From the NCBI RefSeq assembly GCF_009914755.1, contig NC_060929.1: a stretch of 64,000 bases of DNA, one strand, 5' to 3'. Of this stretch, positions 12,919 to 23,113 are shown one piece after another (position 1 is the stretch's first letter; each line of letters begins with the position of its first letter). The position numbers and the translations under genes are program-made. The DNA comes from the human T2T-CHM13v2.0 reference genome, Homo sapiens. The notes beneath the pieces were generated by a model, which was not told where the DNA came from, did no database searches, and worked only from the letters and a program-made list of their open reading frames with translations.

Positions 12919-13851
12919 GAAGGGGAGGGAGGCAGAGAGATAGCTGCAAAATAGTAAATCACAAGGCCTTGAATATACTAGAGGTCATTCCCTCCCTGTA
13001 ATCAGCCTCCCCAAATAGCTTGAAGAATCACAGCATGTTGGAACCAGTCTTGTTCCCACCTCGAGAGTTTGAGGAAACAGGTTGAAACCTGGTGAAAGGA
13101 TTTGTCCAGAGGCCTCATGGAAACTGCTGGCAGACCCAAACTTGAAACCTGGCCTCTGACTTCTGGCTTCATCACCCCACACTCTCTTCACACAACCTGC
13201 CACCCTCAGTCCTGTTTCCCCTGCCCCTGATACAGGAAGAACCCCCAGTGAGGTACCTCCTCCACCGATGCTAGGTGGAGGCACCAGAACACCTTCCAAC
13301 AAAAAGACTCCTGGACTTGGCTCCTGTCTGAAAATGCCCACAATCTCATTGTGGGTGTCCTGAAGTTTTGTCTGGGCAGCGCTCCTCTGGTAGTACCCTC
13401 AAAAGGCCTGCCTGCTCAGGGCATTGCCCCGAGTTTATAGGCCCCACCTCCTTTATCAGTGGAGTCCTGCCTGGGTCCCAGGTTCCCTTGGGGCTTCTCT
13501 TTTTGGGGTACCTGGGAGGATTCACTCCTTTGTGACTGCCTTCTCCTGGGGGCTCTCCACGCCCATGGGAAGGTCTGGCTGGGTGACCAACTCAGGGCAA
13601 GATATGATAGGGCAATACAGGCATGAATTCTGGTTCTTCCTAGGTGCTAGTATCTTCCTTACTTACTGAAGCTTTTGTCTTGGCAGCAACCTGGCTGGAC
13701 ACGTTGTGTTGTGGTCCTTTCCTAGGTCACGCTGTAGGTCTATGACAGTTGGATGAAATTCAGGCTTGCTAATTTTCAAGGCTGCACTGCACCACCTTGC
13801 CTCTCAAGAGAATGTTGATATGACATGACAAGACCCTGTGTTACCTGGTCA

Positions 13852-14217
<366 letters not shown>

Positions 14218-14317
14218 TCAGACTCCACAGATTAGAATGCCACCTCGCTGCTTGTTAATTATATGACTGTGATATGTTTATAACACATCAGCTTCAGCTT
14301 CTCTGTGAGAATGTGGA

Positions 14318-14756
14318 TGTGGTAGATTTCAAATGGCCTCAAGTTTATTTACAGCTCTTCTCATTAAAACTGGAATGTATTTTCCTATACCCTTGAAACT
14401 GGGCTGGCCTTGGGACTCGCTTCCATAGAATGTGGTGGGTAGTGATGATGTGTGAGTTTGAGCTTAGATCTCAAAGGCTTTGCAGCTTCTGTTCTCACTC
14501 CCAGAGTGTTGCTGCTATGTGACAAGGCCAGGCCGACCACCTTGAGGATGAGACGTTACGTGGAGAGAGATCCCAGTCATACCAGCCAAAGCCCCCAGAC
14601 AGAAGCAAGTTCAGCTGATTCTGTGTGGAGCAGAGGTGAGATGTCCTGGTGGAGTCTAGCCCAAGTTGCCTACACACAGCATCATGGGCACAGAAATGAT
14701 TGTTGCATTAATTTACCAAGTTTTGGGGTGGTTATGCAGCAGAAGCTAACTGAAAT
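14318..14756 (+). mobile_element. MaLR LTR (MLT1-like)
   Basis: TGTGGTAG start, GGGCTGGCCTTG.GACT.GCTT and AAGTTTTGGGGTGGTTATGCAGCA..AGCTAACTGA end, typical of MLT1. Confidence 0.6.
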
Positions 14757-15279
14757 AGGGGAGGGTAACTACCCTTACCTTATAAAGCTGCTGTGAGGTT
14801 TCCATGATGATGTGTGCTTAAGCCGTCACCTAGCACACAGCGAGCAAATACAGTTGTTACTACTAACGTGATCCTGTGGCACCTCCTCTGTCTTATTGGC
14901 TTCTAGCCACACCAACCTCCTTCCTTTTCCTTAAATATGACAAACTCTTCTTCTTTGGGGCTTTTGTACTTAATTCTCTGAAAGGGCCCTTCTTTGCTGT
15001 CTTGTTCTCATGATTAAGGTCTCAGCTGAAATGTCTCCTTCTTGGACAAGCCTCTGATTATCCTGGGAACCTTCCTCTCTTTTCATCTCCATTCTCGCTT
15101 CCTCTCATAATGTGTAATATTACATTGATTGACTTCCTTAGTATTATCTGTCTCCCTTTCTAGGTTGGGAATTTTTTTAAGGGCAGGAACTGGGCCTGTT
15201 TTTATTCCCTATTTTATCCTTGCTGCCTGTCACAGTGCTATGTCTAACAGGCACTTAGTTGATACTGATTGAATAAAAA

Positions 15280-15342
15280 AAATCAGTCTCGATTTGAGGT
15301 TGGTGCTGGACCAAATCAGTCTTGATTCGAGGTTGGTGCTGG
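15280..15342 (+). repeat. 33-bp-period tandem duplication
   Basis: AAATCAGTCTCGATTTGAGGTTGGTGCTGG versus AAATCAGTCTTGATTCGAGGTTGGTGCTGG. Confidence 0.9.
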
Positions 15343-15740
15343 GCTTCCAGAAGGAGAGGAGTAGCTAGGTTAGAGTTCCAGACTGCACGTGCTGTTTCTA
15401 ATTCTTGCAGCCCTTTTGGTTTGTGTCATACTTCCATGTTGGGTCAAATAGCCGAATATGTTCCTGATACTCTATACGTTCAGTGGGGGTTGGCAGCATT
15501 GGATGCTCAACAAATATGTGAGCTTCTCAAAGACAGATTGAGCTCCTCACAGCACCTCGCAAATTGTCAGGCATCTAGCAGGGGCTTAACAGAAATTTAT
15601 TAGATAGATAAATGAATGAATGAATAAATGAATGAATGCAAAAGAGGATGGGTGGATGAGAAAGTCCTCAGAACTAGTGATAATGATATAAAAGAAGAAT
15701 AATGTGAACTTAGGTTGGCAGGCAACTATGGAAAACCATG

Positions 15741-15746
15741 TTTATT
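15741..15746 (-). terminator. ATP10B: Probable ATP10B polyadenylation signal (AATAAA on minus strand)
   Basis: TTTATT on + strand about 2.3 kb past the stop codon, with U-rich minus-strand sequence downstream. The cleavage site (~15720) is inferred. Confidence 0.65.
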
Positions 15747-15912
15747 TTTAATAAAGGATGACATTTCCAAACAGTAAAATATCATAAAAGTATAAAAATG
15801 TACTAAGTACAATCATTAGCATTATGTTATAGGGGAATAGTGGTTATAACTTTTCCCTGTAAGATGACACATTGGATGGTCACAGTTGGCTTGATTTACA
15901 GAGGGGCAAGAG

Positions 15913-16007
15913 TAGGTGACCAGTTGTACCAGTTGCTCCAGTTTCCTAGGATTTGGGACTCTGTAAAAATGAGAAAGTCCCAGGCAAACTGGGACGGTTG
16001 GTCCTAC
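15913..16007. mobile_element. MER94-like DNA transposon relic in the 3' UTR
   Basis: GGTGACCAGTTGTACCAGTT...GTCCCAGGCAAACTGGGACGGTTGGTC, imperfect terminal inverted repeats. Confidence 0.6.
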
Positions 16008-18047
16008 AAGAAAAAGAGCAGCATCAGAGTGTTGGCTATAGTTTGGAACTTAGGAACAGGATCAGACATTATTTTTTAACTTCTCCACCTATTTTCCCTT
16101 TAGCTGTGAAATAAAAATCCCTTTTGTTATTACTGAGGGTGTTACAGCTTTCAGAGGCTTTTTTACCACTGGGTTTCATGTAATTTTGACTTAATACCTA
16201 TGTCAAGCCTGGGAAGAAAGGCAGTTCTAATCAACTTGCAGGTGTGGCATTCTGCTTCAAGCCACCTGCATCCTAGAGAGCAAGGATTCAAACTCAGATC
16301 TCCTGAGGCCACTGTTCTGTTCTTTCTGGCTTTTAGTAGTAGCCAGAAATTGGGGGAAAAATTGAGGTACCTGAGATCCAAGTTTTGACTCAATCCCCTC
16401 ACTGGAAACAATTCACATCATCATCACTTTGCCAGGTATGTGTACCTGCCCCTTATTGGGCAATCCTCATGCAGGATTCCTCCAAATACCCACCAGCTGG
16501 CTAGTGCTGGCATCATTATATGGCAGAGGCAGTGAAACAGTGTATTAGCTCCAGGACAGTGCTGCAAATGGCCCTTCCAGTCCAGGTTTGCCAGGAAGAT
16601 GGTCAGAGGGCCAGCTCCCTGTGTCATTTGCCAACTTGATTGAATGTTTTCTGGCATCTTTGCTGAGGAGGTTCTCAAGTGATAGGTCAACTTATGGCTG
16701 GTGGCATGACTCGTAGGCTCAAAGACTCACCACACTTATTGCATCTATTTCTGTACTTTTTGCCTACTATATAGGTACTAGCTTAAGGTGGCTCAGTAAC
16801 CCTTTCTGGCTTATTTTACAAGACTAGGGTTAGGCTATACTTGCCCACAGCAGACCTGGCTTCTTTGGACAGCCTATTAAAATTCTACTGTTCATTCCTT
16901 TAACACTGTTTTGAGCTTTTTTTATATAGTTGACATTTATAAACTCTAGGGATAGGAAGTCTATATAATCCTTCTTTTCCCTGTGAAGTGACACTTGCTC
17001 TGACTCTAACTGATGCAGGCCAGTGTCTTCCAGAGGCTGGAAGGGGGTTTCAGCCTATCCCCATTCTGGAATAGGCTGAATGGGGTTTCAGATTAGTTCT
17101 ACCCTTGAAGATGTCATTGTTTAAGCTCAGGGTTGCCCTATCATATGGGCCTATTCTGGGTGCAGATGTGCTTATATCTCCTGATTTACAGGGTTTTTTG
17201 CTTTTGTTCTAAGAGCTGAATGAGGATGGGCAATTTTATTTAAAAATAGATACAATAAATAGCTTTAAAAAAAGAGTGCCACCTATGTCCTCTTGTCAGA
17301 TTCCCCAGCTGGTGGGACATATGGTCTGTCAGCCAAAACAGGGGTCTCTGGTGCACCCGTTCCCTTTTGCATGTCTATTCTTCATGCCTCTTACACTAGC
17401 TGTGACCCTAAAACACTCAGAAGAGTCTGTGACACTGAGTTCAAATCCACTTTTCTTTCTGGCTTTTAGTAGTAGCTTTTTAGATGTGGCTTTTCTTTGG
17501 CTTACAGGCAAAAAGCAGAACCAACTCGCTGTGCCTGGAAGGGATGTTAACCCCGATTCAGCCATTACTGCAATACACTTGAGATGAAGCCCTTATGTGC
17601 ACAAGTCTCTTCTGAAACTTTAACTCTGGGCACTGAGGGGTAAATAAACCCAGAAACTTCCATATCCTGAGATATTGCCTGGGTTGATACACTTCTTGAA
17701 TCTTGGAAACTTACGGCACTGGGTTGTAGGCTACGCTTATCTAGAGGGTCAGAAGAATGGCTTTGGTCTAAACCGATTTGAGAACTCGATTCAACAAAAA
17801 CAGCCTCCTTCTCCAAACTGTTTGCAAGATGTGCTGCCTGAGAGCAGCAGAAAACTAGAGGCCGACTGGGTTTCCCGTCTTTGTGTCAGACCCCTTGGGG
17901 CCAGCACTTCCTCCATGGAAGTCAAGGTTGTTGAAGAAAAGAATAAGACTGGCACATTGTTTCCTCTATGAAGAAGAAGGGGTCAAGGGTTATGTGGACC
18001 AGTGACTAGGTGGCCTCTGTTGAGTTTGTACAGATTTCTGCAGCTCC

Positions 18048-18495
18048 TCATATGGTCAGTGAACTCTGGGATCGGCGATGGCTGCTCCTCTTTGAGCACC
18101 GGCACATATCAGTCTGTCCTCTTGAGTAGGCCATTATCCTGTTAGGTCCCAGCAGGTGCTCCCCGGATGAGAGTTGAGCTGAGGAGTCCCCTGAGCATGA
18201 GTCATCCCTCATGCACTCCGTGCCACATCTCTGTTCGTGGAGCACTGACTCTTCCACATGCTTCCTCTTGGGAGGGTTAGAGCTCTTTGGGGTGCTGGCA
18301 CTGAAGTCCTGTCCTGTGATAGATGACACTGGGTGGTGAGTGGGTCGAGCCACTTCGGGGACAGGGGCAGGCCTCTGTCTGCTTCTCCAACTCTGGATTT
18401 CCAGGTTTCTTTTGTCTGGGGGGAGTTTGTCAATTTTCTGAGCTTTTGAGATTAGAGACTTCCCACAAGTTCCTTGCAGAGACAGGAAAAAGTAT
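18048..18495 (-). CDS. ATP10B: ATP10B terminal coding exon (cytosolic C-terminal tail)
   Basis: Acceptor CCAG|A at 18496-18497, phase 2, completing Arg from the previous exon. Encodes [19 protein letters not shown]...[10 protein letters not shown] then TGA (448 nt). Confidence 0.93.
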
Positions 18496-19708
18496 CTGGT
18501 GGGAAACAACAGAATAAAGATATTTCTGATTTCCACTGACTTCATAAACTTCAGCATTAAAAGATAGTCTTTAGAATCCAACTCCCTGCCTGGAGCAAGA
18601 TCCTCTTTACTGCTATTAAATCCATGTCTGGGCACCTCTAGTCTTGGGTAGCTCAACAACAAAAATAACAACAAAACATAACAGCTAACATTTATTATAC
18701 ACCAGGACTATTCTAAGTGCTTTATGTATTATTAACTCATTTTCTTTTCCCAACAATCTCATGTGGTTATTACTTTTGTTTGCCTCTGAGTACACTTGAG
18801 GAAACTGAGGGACTGAGAGATTTAATGATTTGTCCACAGCCACACAGTGGTTGAGCTATGGTCAGAACCACACTCTCTGAATCCAAAGACTTGTCTCTTT
18901 TTTGCCATGCCCAAAGCAGTCCATTCTATTTCTGGGCTACTCCAATTTAGGCAAATTTAATTGCTCTGTCATGTTAAGCCTTTGTGAAACTTGATGATTT
19001 TAAAGTACTTTTAGAATCCACATTCTTTTCTTGAATCTGTGGGCCTTGCTGTACTTGACAGTGTCATCATATTACTATGATTTGCCAGATAAAGAAATAG
19101 GGGCCCCAAGAGGTGAGGTGAGATTCCTAAGGTCTCCTGAGACGTTAACGGATCTCCCTGTTGACTGACTCAAGGATTTTATCCCCCTGCCAAGCTGCAT
19201 GCAGTCTGTAGTAGACTCTGGAATTGGAAGTCTTTATCTGTGTCTAGAATCTTCTCTCTGTTCAAAGTGTAGGCAAGGAAAGGGGTGAGAATGTGAATAT
19301 AACTATGCGGTGTATGGAGAAAATATACACAAGCCGTGGCAGTGGGCAACTCACATCCACTTTCCAGATGTCTGTTGCCTTATCTGAAAAGTAAAAAAGT
19401 AATCTATCTGACCTGGAGGACATCTAAGGTCATTCCCAAAGATAGTCTTTAAATATTTTTTATGTTTGAAGTCTTATAAGCAGGAAGGCTTCTATTCTTC
19501 CACTATGTCTAAAAGCTGCAAGGTGACCCCTCTACCCCTGGCCAACCCCTGCCAGTGGGCAAGAGATTTCTGAAAATTACAGTGGATCTCATGGAACCAG
19601 ATAAACTTTTTTTGTTCTCTCACATCTCACCCAGTGAGGTAGTAGGGGCCATGTATGTGTCCCAGGAAATATTTGACTTTTTGCTTCAAAACTGGAATTT
19701 CCTTAGTA

Positions 19709-20174
19709 TAAACCTTTTCCTCAAGCCACTGCCTTCCTCCTCTATTCATTTATTCAACAAATGCTTTTCAATTTCCCACAATGGGCCAGGTCCCCAAGGG
19801 ATTAAGCCATGAATAGGAAAGACAAGGTCCTTGCTGTCACGTAACATGTGAATATAGTTATAAATGGAGAAGGCAATGAGAGTGTCGAACATCAAACACC
19901 TGATCACTGAAATTAAATATTTCTTCCTCAAGGAAGGAAGTGCTGACAGTTCCACCGGCCATGTATTTCTCAAATCCACGCCCTTAAATGTTTCTTCCTT
20001 GAGGAAATGCCCCCTCCATTTATAACTATAGTCACATGTTAAATGACAGCAAAAATCTTGTCTCTTGTGTTCATGGCTTAATCCTTTGGGGGCCTGGCCC
20101 ATTGTGGGGATTTGAAAAGTATTTGTTGAATAAATGAATGGAGGAGGAAGGTAGTGGCTTGGGGGAAAGGTTTA
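19709..20174. repeat. Long inverted repeat: 167-bp arms (19709-19875 and 20008-20174), 132-bp spacer
   Basis: Ungapped manual alignment of the left arm with the reverse complement of the right arm gives about 21 mismatches (~87%). Arms include an L2-like 3' tail (ATTCATTTATTCAACAAAT). Confidence 0.92.
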
Positions 20175-20921
20175 CACACAGTAACCTTTTAAAGCTGAAA
20201 ACTGCAGGATGCATAGGAGGTAGCCATGCCAAAGGGATGAGAATCAAAACCTAGGCATGATGGCTGAAGCTTGGGGAGTGATAAGAGTAGGGGAATATGT
20301 CCTAGGAGGAGTTGGCCCAAGCAGAGCAGGGAGGAATTGGGGGCCAGGTTTATGGTTTTTGTGCTTTATTGCAGAGGTCTTGGGAAGCCCTTGGAGGGAT
20401 ATAAATAGGTGACATCACACTTTGAGCCAATGATAATGGACTAGAGTAAGATCCAATAGGAGACTACCGAAATAATTTGGGGTGAAAGGGTAATAGTCTA
20501 TTGGTAGTAGTGGCTGTAGAAATGGAAATAGTAGATGGGTTTGAGAAATACGTAGTGGATAGAACTGTCAGTACTTGGTGAAAGGCTAGATATGGGCATG
20601 AGTTAGCAGGTGATGTCAAGATTAATTCCCTGGGGCCTGCCTTTGTCCTAAGTGGGTAGCATTTGCTGAAAGAAACTCTAGAGATACCCAGATTTCTGGG
20701 GTGGTGCCGGTGATAGAGGGTGGAATGATGAATTCAATTAGAAATGTCTCCCAGTTTCCTCAGACTTAATATGCCCAGTAGAGGTGATGAATAGGTAGCT
20801 AGAAAGATGTGTCTGGAATTCATAAGAGAGGTCTGGGGGGAATTTATGGTGAAGAGTCGTCTGCTAAAAATTTTTAAATCCATGATAGTGATTGCTTTTT
20901 ATGGAGAGAACATAAAGTTAG

Positions 20922-20968
20922 AAGAGAACCTAGGGGCAAGAGAACCTAGGGACAAGAGAAACTAGGTT
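20922..20968 (+). repeat. 16-bp tandem repeat x3
   Basis: AAGAGAACCTAGGGGC / AAGAGAACCTAGGGAC / AAGAGAAACTAGGTT. Confidence 0.8.
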
Positions 20969-22090
20969 AAGCAAACCACCAAACTTATTAAAGGAAGTAA
21001 GGCCTGTTGATAGGTCTCTAATTTTGGGATAAAAAGTTTTGTATAATTGTCTATTTGCTATCGCTTAAAATGATAAAATGGCTTGATTGTGATGTTCAGC
21101 GTGGTGAGATGGAGAGAGGCTAAGTCTTTCCTATGGGAACATCATCATCAAGTTCACTGCTCTGACTAGAGAGAGTGGGCTGCAGAATAGAACACTGGCC
21201 TTTGAGTTGGGAGAACCTAGCTCTGACTATGATCTGTGGTAGGCCTGTGAACACATTCTGGTCCCTCTTGGTACTTCAGCTGTCCCATGAGTGGGGTACT
21301 AGAACCATAGCTCTGCCCAACACTTAGCTCATGGCAAAAACAAAATGAGAGGCTAGATGGGAGAGCCTATGTCAAGAGTGAGCTCCAAGGCAAGGCAAGG
21401 CAAGGCATTTATAGTTGCTGTTGCTATTTTTCTGGAAAAGGCACATTTACTGCAGAGGGTTTAACCTGGAAATATCTGACATAGTCCCTGGGCATGGATT
21501 ATTTGTCTAATGCAGGTCTTGTATGGAAGGTGTGTGTTTAAACAAATTTGAATAGTATTTAAACACTGGCAATTTCATGCACAATTTGAATTTCTGGGAA
21601 AATGCTGAAGCTCTGGAATGTTTGACTTGATCTTTCCTTGTGGCCATGATAGAAGCTGAGAAGCTCTTTCTTCCAATATCTGTACTCCATCTGGCTTGCT
21701 GAACTTGCTGGCCTGTCCCTGTAGGCATTTGAGTATAAGATTCCTGGACTAATACAATAAAGGACCATAGAGCTTCTCAAAATAATTCCTTACTACACAA
21801 AAAATTTGTAAGGCAGGAGGGTAGGAATTGATACTCCCATTTTATAGATGTCACAACTGAGGTCACACTGATTTGGTGACTTTGCTACTTTGTGGCTAAC
21901 CTGGGACCACAGTCCATGTTATTTGCCTCCTTTGTCATTCATTGTTCTTTCTGTCCCATCTCTCTGTTTCTGAAACATTAGCCTCAAGGATGCCAGCAGA
22001 AGTCAAACTCCTGACTCTTGGGTTATAAAAATGGCTTATTAAAGGGAGATTGGTAATTTTAGGAAAGAAACACAGCCCTAGTGCTCAAAC

Positions 22091-22278
22091 CTTGGGAGAA
22101 GAGCAACAACTGGTGTGAGAAAGCAGACGAGGTAGAAAGTGGGGTTTGAGAGCTGGCCTTCCATCACCCAATAGGGATTGGTGGGGCTGTTGCAGATGAC
22201 GCAGGTGGCATTGTACAGGAGGGATACCAGAAAGTACATCAGGAAGCTGCCGAGGAGCACGACTCCGTGGAAAATGGT
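22091..22278 (-). CDS. ATP10B: ATP10B penultimate exon (last transmembrane helices)
   Basis: CAG|ACC acceptor and AG|GTTTGA donor. 188 nt, phase 0 to 2. Encodes [16 protein letters not shown]...TPVVALLP(R). Confidence 0.93.
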
Positions 22279-22762
22279 CTGTGGAGGGAAATAAGCAAAC
22301 ACTGTTGAAGGTATAGCTGAGATTAGGAGGCAGGGTGATCAAACTACTTGATTAACTTTGTTTCAAACTATTTTTGAAATGCAAAACACACAAAATTCAA
22401 AAAAGTGTGCAGCTTAATCTATCATTATAAAGCAAACACCAGATTGCTGCCATGTAGAATTGAACACACATACCCCAGAAGACCCTATTCTGTCTCACCC
22501 CTGCTTTTGGTGATAATTTCTATGCTATCCTTTGTAGGTTTACCACCTATCTAGGTTTTCCAACATAGCCTGTTTTTAAATGGATAAATAGAATCATGTT
22601 TCGTATGACTTTTTGTTTTTTTTCCCTCAATATTATGTTTGTGTGATGAGCCCATTTTTTCCACATGGCAGTAGTTTATTCATTTTCAAAGCAGCGCAGT
22701 ATTCTGTTTTTTGATTGTATTTTGTCCTGCCTGTTTTGTGCTTTTCTTTTCCCATCCTTGTC

Positions 22763-22970
22763 TTTTATTTTTATTTAATTTTAAAAATTGATACTAGATG
22801 TATATATTTTCAGGGTACATGTGATAATTTGGTATATTCATATATAATTAGGGTAATCATGACATCCATGACTTTAAATATTTTCTTTATTCTAGGAATA
22901 TTCAAATGATTCTCTTCTAGCTATTTTGAAATACACAATCGGCTAATGTTAACTATAGTCATTCTATTGT
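22763..22970 (-). mobile_element. L1MA-like 3'-end fragment within a tract of old L1M sequence
   Basis: T-rich tail, CAGGGTACATGTGATAATTT and TTCTAGCTATTTTGAAATACACAAT...TTAACTATAGTCA. Confidence 0.6.
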
Positions 22971-23033
22971 TCTTTTAAACATATTGACTATTTTGTATAA
23001 TTTTGGGACTATTCTTTTAGTGATTACTCAATA

Positions 23034-23113
23034 AGTCTAAACAAGCAAATATACTGCAGTCTAAACAAGCAAATGTACTGCAGTCTAAACAAGCAAACTT
23101 ACTGCAGTCTAAA
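23034..23113 (+). repeat. 24-bp minisatellite, 3.3 copies
   Basis: AGTCTAAACAAGCAAA(ta/tg/ct)TACTGC at 23034, 23058 and 23082, partial copy at 23106. Confidence 0.95.

Larger units (their letters stand above)
15720..18047 (-). other. ATP10B: ATP10B 3' UTR (inferred)
   Basis: Repeat-poor sequence between the TGA stop and the candidate polyA signal. Confidence 0.65.

Noticed and set aside
18140-18260. Lysosomal dileucine signal in the C-tail (GEHLL, EESVL)
   Set aside because: The spacing fits neither [DE]xxxL[LI] nor DxxLL.
18496-18674. N-terminal part of the 208-aa ORF as coding sequence
   Set aside because: It lies upstream of a proper acceptor (pyrimidine tract plus CAG at 18496-18498) and has a non-ATG start. 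It is intronic sequence that is open by chance.
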